Below are positions 37,731-49,327 of a stretch of DNA of 64,000 nt, piece by piece. Position numbers and translations under genes: made by a program. The stretch is taken from NCBI GenBank assembly GCA_950097015.1, contig CATNEN010000002.1:1860001-1924000 (forward strand). Direction: 5' to 3'. The DNA is from Macrostomum hystrix. Taxonomy: Eukaryota; Animalia; Platyhelminthes. The notes beneath the pieces are model-generated. The model saw only the letters and a list, made by a program, of their open reading frames with translations, did not search any database and had not been told where the DNA came from. How positions within the stretch are numbered: the stretch's first letter is position 1; every line of letters begins with the position of its first letter.

Positions 37731-38525
37731 TGCATATACTATACTGCTCTAATCCAGTCAATCTAACTTGACGTAGTTTCTCCGATTTCGTAATTTCCGA
37801 TGGCAATTTTTGCTTTTGTCGTACACTACTCAAAGTAATGCTATGAAACATTTATTTTATGAAAAGTGCTTGGCACCACTTGGTCATATAGCGTGACGAT
37901 CTATTTGATCATTACCGCCTCTTCTCGTTTTTTATCCACCTTCTCCAACAAAATCCGCCCCTTCTCCACCAAAATCCGCCCCTTCTTTACCTAAATTCCC
38001 CCCTCTTCTCCACCCAAATCCCATTTTATCTGTTTCCATTGCCACATCTTCCTGCTCCCCGTCCATGTCCACATTTCCTAGCAATGCTCCGATGGGGGGA
38101 AGGATGGGGGGAAGATGGATGGGACACGATTTCACAGATTGCGGGCAATCACTCGGCAACCAGCAGCCTCTATAGAAGAATCTTTGCCTCGAATTCCCAA
38201 ATAAAGAGAAATATAAAAAGTCGGTCTCCAAGCAAGTCAACCTGAGATAAGTGGATCGGGTTTCCGCTCTCAATGCAGCTCGCTAGTCTGTTGGAGCTAT
38301 AGGCAGAAGTAGAGTTTGCATAGGCGTATCATCCCCTCCAGAGTGCCTGCATGGTTGGCCAATGCGGGGGGATAGATATGGCAAACGGCGAGTGGAAGGA
38401 ACTTAGGGAGGCCATAAAATCTTGGGTCTTAATTATGCAAATCAGTGGGGTACATAATCCAGCTGATTAGAGTGGTGAGAAGGCAGTCTGAAAGCAACTA
38501 GCTTAGCACTGCGAAAGCAGCAATT

Positions 38526-40253
38526 ATGAACGAATTATTCCAACGAATCTCGGAACAGTTCAACGCACTTTATCGTCGAGCTGCCGAGCAGTTACGGAGT
38601 GCTGTTCTGCACAATGGAACTCGTCTAGCCGCCAGCTCAGCTGCCTGCAGTCTGGTCGATGGGCATGAAGCTGAGACGGACGATGACGTCCCAACCCAGT
38701 TGGAGTCGATTTCGTCAACTTTGTCTGCTTCTAGGCGACGTCAAATGATGCGCCGAAGGCAAAGCGTCAGTGCCGAGATGCCCGAGCCCGAAGAAGACAG
38801 CTTGGAATGGCGCGCAGTGAGTTTCATTCAGTTTGTTAGCTTGTGGGCTTGTATGCTTTTAGCGCAGTCGGTTTGTTGTGAATTGCGGTTGTCATGGAGT
38901 CTGGTTGTCGTTTTATAGGGTTGCCGCATAGTATGGTGGGCTTATCTGTGTGGGGTTGTCGCGGAGTGGTGCTGTCGAGGAGTGGGGATGTCGCGGAGTG
39001 GTGCTGTCGAGGAGTGGGGATGTCGCGGAGTGGGGATGTCGCGGAGTGGGGTTGTCACGGTGTGGGGTTGTCGCGGAGTGGGGTTCTCGCGGAGTGGGGT
39101 TGTCGCAGACTGAAGTTTTAATGCAGTGGGGTTGTCGCGGAGTGGGGTTGCCGCAAATTTAGGTCTTCGCGCTGGAGCGCTTTCACCCTGCTAGATTCTG
39201 GGGTTTTGTTGATACGAGCTAGAACAATTGCAACATAGTGTCGGGGAAAGTTGTCGGGACTAAAGCAGATATACAAATAAAGATATTTAATTCCAGCTGA
39301 CCTCTATTTTCAGCCGTTCTATCCCAAATCGGAAGAAGAGATGCGCGCCCTGACAAATTCTCTCAGGCAAATTGTTTTCCTTCGAGAATTGCAACCAGCA
39401 GATCTACGTCGAATCGCTCATGCGATGCACGAAAGAATGGCTGAGCCAAGTGAGTAGTATATGTTGCTAATCATCAGATAAGTATTCAAATGTTGCCTCA
39501 CTCTGTCTATTAACAAAATTCTTAGACGAAACTGTCATTCGCGAAGGCTCCGATGGCGACAATTTTTACGTGATTCGACGCGGTCGCTTTGTTGTCACCT
39601 GGCAGCGACCGGACGGCTCCGTTGAAGTCGTTCGCGAACTCGAAGTCAACAAGTTAGAAGGCGGCGAGTGTTGCGCCTACTTTGGTGAACTGGCGCTTCT
39701 GTACAATCGACCGAGATCGGCGAGCGTCACGGAGGCCGGTAGCTCGCAAGGAGGAGCGCTGTGGGTGCTTGACGGAGAAGCATTTCGGCGCCTGGTGATT
39801 CGGGCTGGGCGGCAGCGCCGAGCTGACCAGCTGCGGCTGCTCCGCGGAGCGCCCGCCTTGTCTTGCCTGTCGGCGAGCGATCTGGAACGCCTGTCCGACG
39901 CTCTGACTATTCAAGAGTTCGCCAACGGCGAGGCTGTCTTCAACAAAGGCGACTCAGCGGATGGCATGTACTTTGTGATTCGCGGCGGCGCCCGGGTTGT
40001 CGACTCCGGCGGCGTTGCCTTGGCAACCATCGGACCTGGCGGGTACTTCGGCGAAGCGGCGATTATTAACAACAAGCCGCGATCAGCCACGGTGTTCGCC
40101 ACTGCTCCCAAGGGTGACGATGAAAACGACGACGATAATGGCGAGGGCGAGCGGAAGGCTACAATGGCCTTTCTTGATGCGGCAGCTTTTGAAAGGCTTT
40201 TGGGATCCTGCGTTGAGCTGATGCGACACAGTATGAGGCAGTACAGAGCTTGA
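38526..40253 (+). CDS. cAMP-dependent protein kinase regulatory subunit-like protein (type II-like), 384 aa
   Basis: Exons 38526-38816, 39314-39449, 39526-40253 (phases 0, 1; 1155 nt in frame). Inhibitor site RRRQSVSAE, linker PFYPKSEEEM, CNB-A (VIREGSDGDNFYVI...YFGELALLYNRPRSASV), CNB-B (VFNKGDSADGMYFV...YFGEAAIINNKPRSATV...AFERLLGSC). Confidence 0.9.
38945..39160. repeat. Degenerate intronic minisatellite, ~16-bp unit (GTCGCGGAGTGGGGTT)
   Basis: Imperfect tandem units in intron 38817-39313. Confidence 0.8.
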
Positions 40254-40443
40254 CTGAGAATTGGGCAGCGGCCTAAACATGATTGTATTGCTTCATTACT
40301 TGTCTTGAGTTCCTGAAACCAAAGCCATTCGCATAAATGCCTGTCGATCATAATTGTCAGTTCTACAACGCTTTAAATACACATACAGAAATTCATATAA
40401 TAAATTCGAGGAGGGCTTCATTTCTTTAAGTGCACATGTTTAT

Positions 40444-42835
40444 CCTTAGTGACGTCTTCCATTTTCAGTGACGTCTTCCATTTTCAGTAACGTATTCTAT
40501 TTTTAGTGACGTCTTCAATCCATAGTGGTGTCATCCATCCTTAGTCACGTCTATCGTGCTTAGTGACGTCATCAATCTAAGTTAGTGGCGTCTTCCATTC
40601 TTAGCGATGTCTTCCAGCTTTAGCGACGTCTTTCATCATTAGTGACGTCTTCCATCCTTAGCATGTCTTTTATTTTTAGTGACGTCGTCCATCCTTAGTG
40701 ACGTCTTCCATCATTAGCGACGTCTTTCATCACTAGTGACGTCTTCCACCTTAGTGAAGTCTTCCATCCTTAGTGACGTCTAGCATTTTTAGTGTTGTGT
40801 TCCATCTAAGTTAGTGACGTCTTCCATCCTTAGTGGCGTCTTCTGTTTTTAGTGACGTCTTCCATCCTTAGTGAAGTCTTCCATCCTTAGTGACGTCTAG
40901 CATTTTTAGTGTTGTGTTCCATCTAAGTTAGTGACGTCTTCCATCTAAGTTAATGACGTCTTCCATCCTTAGTGGCGTCTTCCGTTTTTAGTGACTTCTT
41001 CCATCCTTAGTGGCGCCTTCCGTTTTTAGTGACTTCTTCCATCCTTAGCGGCGTCTTCCGTTTTTAGTGACTTCTTCCATCCTTAGCGAAGTCTTTTATC
41101 TTTAATGACGTCTTCCATCCTTAGCGATGTCTTTCATCTTTAGTGACGTCCTCCATCCTTAGTGACGTTTTCTATCCTTATGTAAGCCTTGCAAATAGGC
41201 TTCAGAACATCGTATTTGCATGGCTCACATGATTCGCGTACACGACGAGGCGTCCGTGGATCGATACGGCCCAGGAATGTGAGGAAGAAGTTCGGCGAGC
41301 GTTCGCTGGGGAGCGTGTGTGTGTGGGACAAAGAAACAGCTGCCCCTGTGTTAGCAATCTCCCAGCGTTTCTCCCTCTCTCCCCATTCTGCCTCTGTTGT
41401 GCGCGCTGCTTGAATTTAAATATACTGGAAGCGAGAGGCAGAGCTTCGCTGCCGCTTTTCATGTGACCCCGGAGTCCACACAGAAACGGGCCTCTGGCCC
41501 GTGGAGCGTTTATCTCTCTGTTGCTGTGGCAGAAGGTAACAGGAAGACAAAACTTTCCTGTTATACGTGGTTCCCTGAGAGAGAGAGTCACCCTTTTCGC
41601 CTTTGTCAACGATGGGTGATTGCCGAAAGGTTCCTACACCGCTAGACACCAGATTCCTGCAACGGCTTCAGAGAGAAACGAACAGAACGAACGTAACGTC
41701 ATCAGAAAAAGCTATGCGACGCAGTCAACGTACCAGCAACTGAGTAGCTATCTACAATTCAGTATTGGCAGTAACTATCTACAATTCACGACCATCAACC
41801 TGGACAAAAAACTGCAAATTAACCTCAAATGCTCTACTAGTTTTGGATTTGGTCAGACTACGGCAGCATGTGACAATGAAAAACAAAAGCGGTCGCAGTG
41901 GGCTCTAATCGTGTTTTGGCCTACGAGCCAGTTACTCACTGATACTAAATTTGCATGCACAAAAGACATGCCCTACGTGAAGTAGGTGTGAGCTTCACCG
42001 ATTAACCAACTCGACTGCAAATGCTCGAAGAGAAGCCTGAGCTGCAACCCAGCAAGTCCGAAGAGGCTGTGGACAGTGGGTGCAGGCCAGGACAATTGCT
42101 GCAATAAGAAGACCAAATCGGGATCGCACGGCTCATCTGAAGCAACTTGGAAGAAAACCTGGCCTAAACTGAACAGAAGCTGCTGACTAGAATTTTTATC
42201 TCCCTCAATTTTTCGGCAAGCGGACTGGCTGGTACGGATCTACGCGTCGTGTCACCCCGAGACAACGTCATCATCAGGACAATTCAAGAAGAACGCGATC
42301 CAGACTGCCAAAGCACTGACAGGAGTGTCAGATAGAAAAAACCGGGGTATATGTAAGCCTTGCAAATAGGCTTCAGAACATCGTATTTGCATGGCTCACA
42401 TGATTCGCGTACACGACGAGGCGTCCGTGGATCGATATGGCCCAGGAATGTGAGGAAGAAGTTCGGCGAGCGTTCGCTGGGGAGCGTGTGCGTGTGGGAC
42501 AAAGAAACAGCTGCCCCTGTGTTAGCGATCTCCCAGCGTTTCTCCCTCTCTCCCCATTCTGCCTCTGTTGTGCGCGCTGCTTGAATTTAAATACACTGGA
42601 AGCGAGAGGCAGAGCTTCGCTGCCGCTTTTCATGTTACTCCGGAGTCCACACAGAAACGGGCCTCTGGCCCGTGGAGCGTTTATCTCTCTGTTGCTGTGG
42701 CAGAAGGTAACAGGAAGACAAAACTTTCCTGTTATACCTTAGTGACGTCTTCAATTAGCGACGTCTTTCATCATTAGTGACGTCTTCCATCCTTAATGGC
42801 GTCTTTCATTCCCAGGGACATCCTCCATATTTAGC
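40444..42835. repeat. Minisatellite, ~19-bp unit (TTAGTGACGTCTTCCATCC), split by the LTR element at 41181-42736
   Basis: Units at 40444-41180 resume in register at 42737-~42835. Confidence 0.9.
41181..42736 (+). mobile_element. Non-autonomous LTR retroelement (TRIM-like), 1556 bp
   Basis: 385-bp direct repeats 41181-41565 and 42352-42736 (TGTAA...TTATA, 6 mismatches); 5-bp TSD CCTTA (41176-41180, 42737-42741); TGGTTCCCTGA at 41568-41578 matches the 3' end of eukaryotic tRNA-Glu (PBS); purine-rich GATAGAAAAAACCGGGG before the 3' LTR; no gag/pol recognisable in the 786-bp interior. Confidence 0.88.
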
Positions 42836-43212
42836 GGCGATGTTTTGCATTCGCATTTTTGCAAAAAAAATGGCGTCTAGAAGAAACTTTTCGGTTTTAT
42901 ATTATCGATCAGAATTTGGGCATAAAATTGTACTTTAATCTTTGTAAGAACAGGAGCAGCTCATTTCCTCTCCTATGTTGAGTACGTACAAAAACGTACA
43001 GCTCAACTCCTTCCCAAAATGTATTGCAGGCGATTTTTATTCCTTTAGTGCGATAAGCTCTTGCAACTATAAGATTTAGCCTCCATGCCATTTTTCTATC
43101 CGTCGGACAGTACAAAAGTCTGACAATACACGGCTAGCCCCTGAACCATTTTACACAGCAATCCGTGACAGTCTTTAAAGCAAAAGAACGGCGACTGATT
43201 CAAACTTCTGTA

Positions 43213-46200
43213 ATGTCGACCTGTAAACTCATCTCAGAAGATTTAAAAAAAGTAGGTGAAATTGCGAAACAGTTTCAACTTTTATGGTCTGACAGGAATT
43301 TTTCTCAAATTGGGATCAAGCCAGATCCAGTTGAAGAGAAACTGAAGTTGATACAAGCTTTCATGAGTTGCTTTGTCAATCAAAATCTGCGAGATTGGTT
43401 CTGCGGGTTGACCGTGATTTTCTTTGCCATAGAAGAAGACGTGGGATCATCTTTAATTTTCTTTGTGTATGCCATCGCTGATTTGCAAGTCCGTGACAGT
43501 TTCTGCGCTCAGGCAGCAGAAGACTCCGCTAGAAAAGGAAAATGGGACGTTGTCTGCTTTCTCACTGACGCAGTTACCGACAGCAGCCTAAGAACCAAAA
43601 TCTGTTTGAAACTAGCCAACTTCCTTTTTTCTGAAGCGGCCACTCAGCCTAATTGGATTGTATTCAAAGATCTGGTGCGTAAAATTTCAGATGAAAGCAT
43701 TAAGGAGCAGTTTTGTTTAACATGCACTGAAATTGCTGCGGGAAATATGGACGCAAAGACGCTTTCAGCCGTCGTCAACTCGACGCAAGCATCACCAGCT
43801 CCGTCAGCTGAGGGCGCAGCAATTCCACCCCGCTGGCTCATCAGGAAGTCCTGCTGTCAGAAACCCCTGCTTGCCCTGCTGTCACATCTCACCGTCTCTG
43901 GCGACAACTCAATCCTGCATTGCACTCTGGCTCAGATGCAGCCAGCTCAGGTCACGGAACTGCTCTGTCTCTTAATCACTCAAGGCCACGTTGCATTGGC
44001 TGCAGCACTGGTTGGTGATGAGAGCTTCAGCAAAGAATATGTCGACCAGCGAGATGACACTGGAGCCACAGCGCTTATGCTGGCGGCTGATGAAGGTCAT
44101 CACGAGCTGATCAAGCAGCTGCTGGATCTCGGAGCATTATCGGATGCTGCAGACAGTCAGGGTCGGACTGCACTGACACGAGCAAACAATGCAGACCAAA
44201 TGAGAGCTGTCAAAGCTCTGGAAGACAGAAGAAAAGATCATCGCGACCACGTTGATGATGAAGTTCGTACTTCGAAGCTGATGAATAAAAATCAACGACA
44301 ACAGCGAAAACTTAAAAAAAATATGGAGTCGAGTAGAAGTTGCAGAAAGAGCAAGTGAGTCTGAACTTTGAATTCTTACAAAGCTATAAAGTGTTATCTG
44401 TCCATCTTCAAATTAGTTTTTAACCTGTTTCTTAAATCAAATCCACGTTTTAGGACGCGAATCCAAGAGGAAAATCAGCTGAGCCTTGACCTCCACAATA
44501 TTCTTTGCCGTGCTGGGTTCACCCAACAAAGAGCACAGTGTCAGCAGGTGCTAGCTGACTCACTGGAAAGTTTCGCGAGTCAACTAATCAGTTTTGAACT
44601 CCGCCGAGAGATGACGGGCAGCTTCTCAGAGGGCTGGGCAAACAGCTTAGTACAAGTGAACGGCAGGACAGGGGCCGACTCTGACATTGACTGGACGATA
44701 TTCCTTGCCAGAGAGATGCTCCATCTTGAGGGCCAATGCAATTGCAGCAATGCGAAACTGCTTAAGGTCAAAGAGGGTCACGCCCTGGTGGATGTTGGAC
44801 AGGGTAAGGAATGTAGGTAACAAACCTTTCATTAAGTTCTACTTAACCAGAGCATGGATGTTATTAAGAACATAATATTCATGTCAAGCACCGGGTTTTG
44901 TCGATACTCCGATTGCCTGAGCTCTGGTCACGATAAGGCTTCTTATTACGAGTAATGCTCTCAGTCCTTAGGGTCGTCTTCCATCATTTAGCGTCGTCCT
45001 CTATCCTTAGCGACGTCTTCCACCTTAGCGACGTCTTCCCCCTTAGCGACATCTTCCACCTTAGCGACATCTTTCATCCTTAGTGATATCTTCCACCTTA
45101 GCGATGTCTTCCACCTTAGTGACGTCTTCCACATTAGCGACGTCTTCCACCTTAGCGACGTATTTCGTCATTAGCGACGTCTTCCACCCTTAGCGACGTC
45201 TTCCATCTAAGTTAGTGACGTTTTCAATTAAGGTTAGTGACGTCTTCTATCTAAGTTAGTGACTTCTTCCACCTTAGCGACGTCTTCCATCCTTTGCGAC
45301 GTCTTCCACCTTAGCGATATCTTTCATCCTTAGTGACGTCTTCCACCTTAGCGAAGTCTTCCACCTTAGCGACATCTTTCATCCTTAGCGACGTCTTCCA
45401 CCTTAGCGAAGTCTTCCATCCTTAGCGACGTCTTTCACCTTAGCGACATCTTTGGTCATTAGTGACATCCTCTATCTTTAGCGACATCTTTCATTCTTTG
45501 CACTGACCTCCATAATAAAAAGAAAAGTTAGTTTTTTGATGTTCTCGATGTGGATAGAAATACATTTTCTGGGGCTGTCAAAAGACAAGGGACAAGGGAT
45601 ATCGGTTTGCATTTTCTGTGCTTAGAAGTTGAGTATGCTACAAGTGACCTTGGCAAATCGGCCATTCACCATTTCAGGCAGCCAGCCGGCAGTAACTGCA
45701 GCCGCATGCGGGGTGCGACCGGCGCAGGACGAGTGCCATGCGATCCAGTGCTGCAGCGGGTTCGGCTCCGATCAGCAAAGGCTCCTGCAGGACAGTTGCC
45801 ACTTTCATGTTCACTTGGTGAAAGCAACCAGACCGAATTCAAAAAACGAACTTAGACTGAGTTTCAGCTTTCAAGAAAAACAAATCATGAGAAATCTGTG
45901 CATTATTCAAGGCCAACTCTTCACAATTATCAAGTTTATCTTTAAGAGGCACCTGCCAATTACCCTAGCAACGCCAGGACTCAAAACCTACCACGCCAAG
46001 ACTCTGCTCTTCCACATGCTTGACAAGCATAGGATGTATAACTTTGCACGCTGGAAACCAGAGAATCTGATCGCCCTGCTGGAGGAGTCTCTCGACATGA
46101 TGCTGGGCTTCATCGACTCCAACGACTCACCCGATGAGTGCATGCCGCATTTCTTCATTCCTAACGCTCGACTCTACTTCAAGAATGCTGGAATTGGAGG

Positions 46201-47068
46201 TGAATTCAAAAACACAAAGCAGAAGGTTCGAGACAGACTAAGAGAAATAAGAGACGATGTGAGAGTAGTGATAGGGCTCTTTAGAAAAGTATTGCGACAG
46301 CTGAGATCAGAAAACTATTACTTCCACCCGTTCACTCTGTTGCCACTGACCGAACCGTCTGTGCTTGTTAGTGAAAGAGACACACTTCATACTTCGTACA
46401 TAAGTGAAGTATACAAAACAGTTTATTTGTGGATGAAGGTGTCAGAGTCGACTTCAAATACTGATGATCTTCTCAACTTTTTATCATCTAAACGGTTCAA
46501 CATAATGATCGAGCTGCCACAGTGCAGGTGTGCAGCGCTGTGCATGGCCGCTGTGATTCACCTTGCACTAAGAGACTTAGAGGCGGCTCAAACGTGCGTG
46601 AGGCAGCTTCTTGGTCATCGAGTTCGATCAGCGTGGAAACCTGAAGAGATTTTGGATGCTTTTCTGGACGATGACTCTGACTGGGCCTGGAGGTTCTGCA
46701 TCCTGTGCGACAAACCGCCCAGCTATCAGTTCCTCCCCGAGTTTACGCGGACTCTGCTCACAGCCAGAATGTCTCAGCCTCGCTCCAACCACCTGTACGT
46801 GAACTTTCGCTGCCTGACCTGGAGTCTCCAAGCTGAGCTGCCTCACACTCGCTCAGCAATCGACTTCGAGGCTTGGCACGCAGAGCTGCAAGAGGACCCG
46901 GACATGGAGGAGCTGTACACTTTGGCTCACTACAGCGACCAACTCGAGCACGTGGATTTCTGCCTGCAGCAGATGGAGGCCATCAGAGATGAGAAACGCG
47001 TCGTTATGGACACGCAGGATGAAGAGAAGATCCGCTACGTCAGTAAAAAACTGGAGAGACTCAGATGA
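43213..47068 (+). CDS. Ankyrin-repeat + Mab-21/cGAS-like nucleotidyltransferase (cGLR-like) fusion, ~960 aa
   Basis: Exons 43213-44354, 44454-44803, 45678-47068; introns 44355-44453 (phase 2) and 44804-45677 (phase 1), GT-AG, in frame (2883 nt). Ankyrin: DQRDDTGATALMLAADEGHHELIKQLLDLGA..DSQGRTAL. NTase: TGSFSEG-x13-DSDID. Mab-21 motifs: HLVK..ELRLSFSFQEK, LKTYHAKTLLF, W.PENLIALL, CMPHFFIPN. A possible acceptor at 43158 means an upstream exon may exist. Confidence 0.85.
44965..45500. repeat. Intronic minisatellite, ~18-19-bp unit (TTAGCGACGTCTTCCACC), same family as 40444-42835
   Basis: Shares TTAGYGACGTCTTCCA core with the upstream array; lies in intron 44804-45677. Confidence 0.9.
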
Positions 47069-47559
47069 TGTCAAAGCAGCCGAAATTATTTTGTGATGGT
47101 CCTATCGGAACATAGGGAATCTAATGAGACATCTAAAAATAGATTAGTGCCTATCTTATGGAAAATTAATTGAGGAGATGGCTCATGTCAGTTTTTTGAC
47201 TCATCCTTTGATATTGCGACAACGAGGACGAGTAGCTCTAATAACTGAGTCACAATTTAACAAGCCTTGTTTTCTCTTTGAAATGTTCAGGTACGTTTTA
47301 TATTTTTTATGCTTTAAGTGGTATGTAAAGTTTCTCGCATCCCAATTATTCACACTATGGAACCAAAAATATAGAAGCTCGCGATGTTTTTTTCGGAATC
47401 TGGATTTTCCGGACCACAACAGGCTGACTGAGTTACGTTACGAGCGTAGAAAGCGAAATAACAAATCTACGTCTTTGCTGAAGCTTTTTTTGCCTACCTG
47501 TTTCAGCTAGTGAAAGTGCTTTAAGCAACTTTTTTACTTATTTTTCGGTTTTTACGCAA

Positions 47560-48880
47560 TGTTCCCGCTGACATTCCCGCTGACATTCCCACTGACATTC
47601 CCGCTGACACTCCTGCTGACATTCCCGCTGACATTCCCGCTGACATTCCCGCTGACACTCCTGCAGACATTCCCGCTGACACTCCTGCAGACATTCCCGC
47701 TGACACTCCTGCTGACATTCCCGCTGACATTCCCGCTGACATTCCCGCTGACACTCCTGCTGACATTCCCGCTGACACTCCTGCTGACATTCCCGCTGAC
47801 ACTCCTGCTGACATTCCCGCTGACACTCCTGCTGACATTCCCGCTGACATTCCCGCTGACATTCCCGCTGACATTCCCGCTGACACTCCTGCTGACATTC
47901 CTGCTGACATTCCCGCTGACATTCCCGCTGACACTCCTGCTGACATTCCCGCTGAAACTCCTGCAGACATTCCCGCTGACATTCCCGCTGACATTCCCGC
48001 TGACACTCCTGCTGACATTCCTGCTGACATTCCCGCTGTCATTCCCGCTGACACTCCTGCTGACATTCCCGCTGACACTCCTGCAGACATTCCCGCTAAC
48101 ATTCCCGCTGACATTCCCGCTGACACTCCTGCTGACATTCCCGCTGACACTCCTGCTGACATTCCCGCTGACATTCCCGCTGACATTCCCGCTGACACTC
48201 CTGCAGACATTCCCGCTGACACTCCTGCAGACATTCCCGCTAACATTCCCGCTGACATTCCCGCTGACACTCCTGCTGACATTCCCGCTGACACTCCTGC
48301 AGACATTCCCGCTAACATTCCCGCTGACATTCCCGCTGACACTCCTGCTGACATTCCCGCTGACACTCCTGCTGACATTCCCGCTGACATTCCCGCTGAC
48401 ATTCCCGCTGACACTCCTGCAGACATTCCCGCTGACACTCCTGCAGACATTCCCGCTGACATTCCCGCTGACATTCCCGCTGACACTCCTGCTGACATTC
48501 CCGCTGACACTCCTGCTGACATTCCCGCTGACACTCCTGCTGACATTCCCGCTGACATTCCCGCTGACATTCCCACTGACACTCCTGCTGACGTTCCCGC
48601 TGACACTCCTGCTGAAATTCCCGCTGACATTCTCGCTGACATTCCCGCTGACGATCCCGCTGACATTCTCGCTGACATTCCCGCTGACAATCCCGCTGAC
48701 ATTCCCGCTGACATTCTCGCTGACATTCTCGCTGGCATACCCGCTGACATTCTCGCTAACACTCCTGCTGACATTCCCGCTGACATTCCCGCTGCCAATC
48801 CCGCTGACATTCCGATTGATATTCCCGCTGACAATCCTCTGAAACTGATGACACTCCTGCTGACATTCCCGCTGACAATC
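47560..48880. repeat. Minisatellite, 12-bp unit (GCTGACATTCCC / GCTGACACTCCT)
   Basis: About 110 tandem units; source of three long artefactual ORFs. Confidence 0.95.
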
Positions 48881-49327
48881 CCACTGACATTTCCGTATTG
48901 AGTAAGAACCTTTACAACACAATTCAGCTCTGAAAGTTTATACACCCTCTAAGCACAATGTGCACTGAGCTAAGATAAGATTTTAGATAAATTTCAGCAC
49001 AGCCAACAACTAGCCTTCTGTGTCGATTTTGACCTTTTTAAGTGGTGGGCAACGCAAACTCTATGACTGCATTGTCTATTACTAAACTAAATAAAGCGAT
49101 GCGCAATTATTCACAGAGATTGCATTTCCGGTGAAAGGAAGACCGCCATTATGAAATGAAATTGCACTCGGCCTATAGCACAACAGCCAAACAGATTAAA
49201 AGCTTTGCACCGCAAACCTATAAATAGCGGGCAGAGTTTGCAGCCATAAAACTTTTACCAATAGCCACAAATCAGAAAGCTAGACCTTTTTATTTTGGAT
49301 TTCTAAAAAACTAAAAAACTAGCAAAA

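Noticed and set aside
41620-42200. gag/pol or chromodomain remnant inside the LTR element
   Set aside because: Only a weak SSEATW resemblance; no zinc knuckle, protease, RT or integrase motif recognisable.
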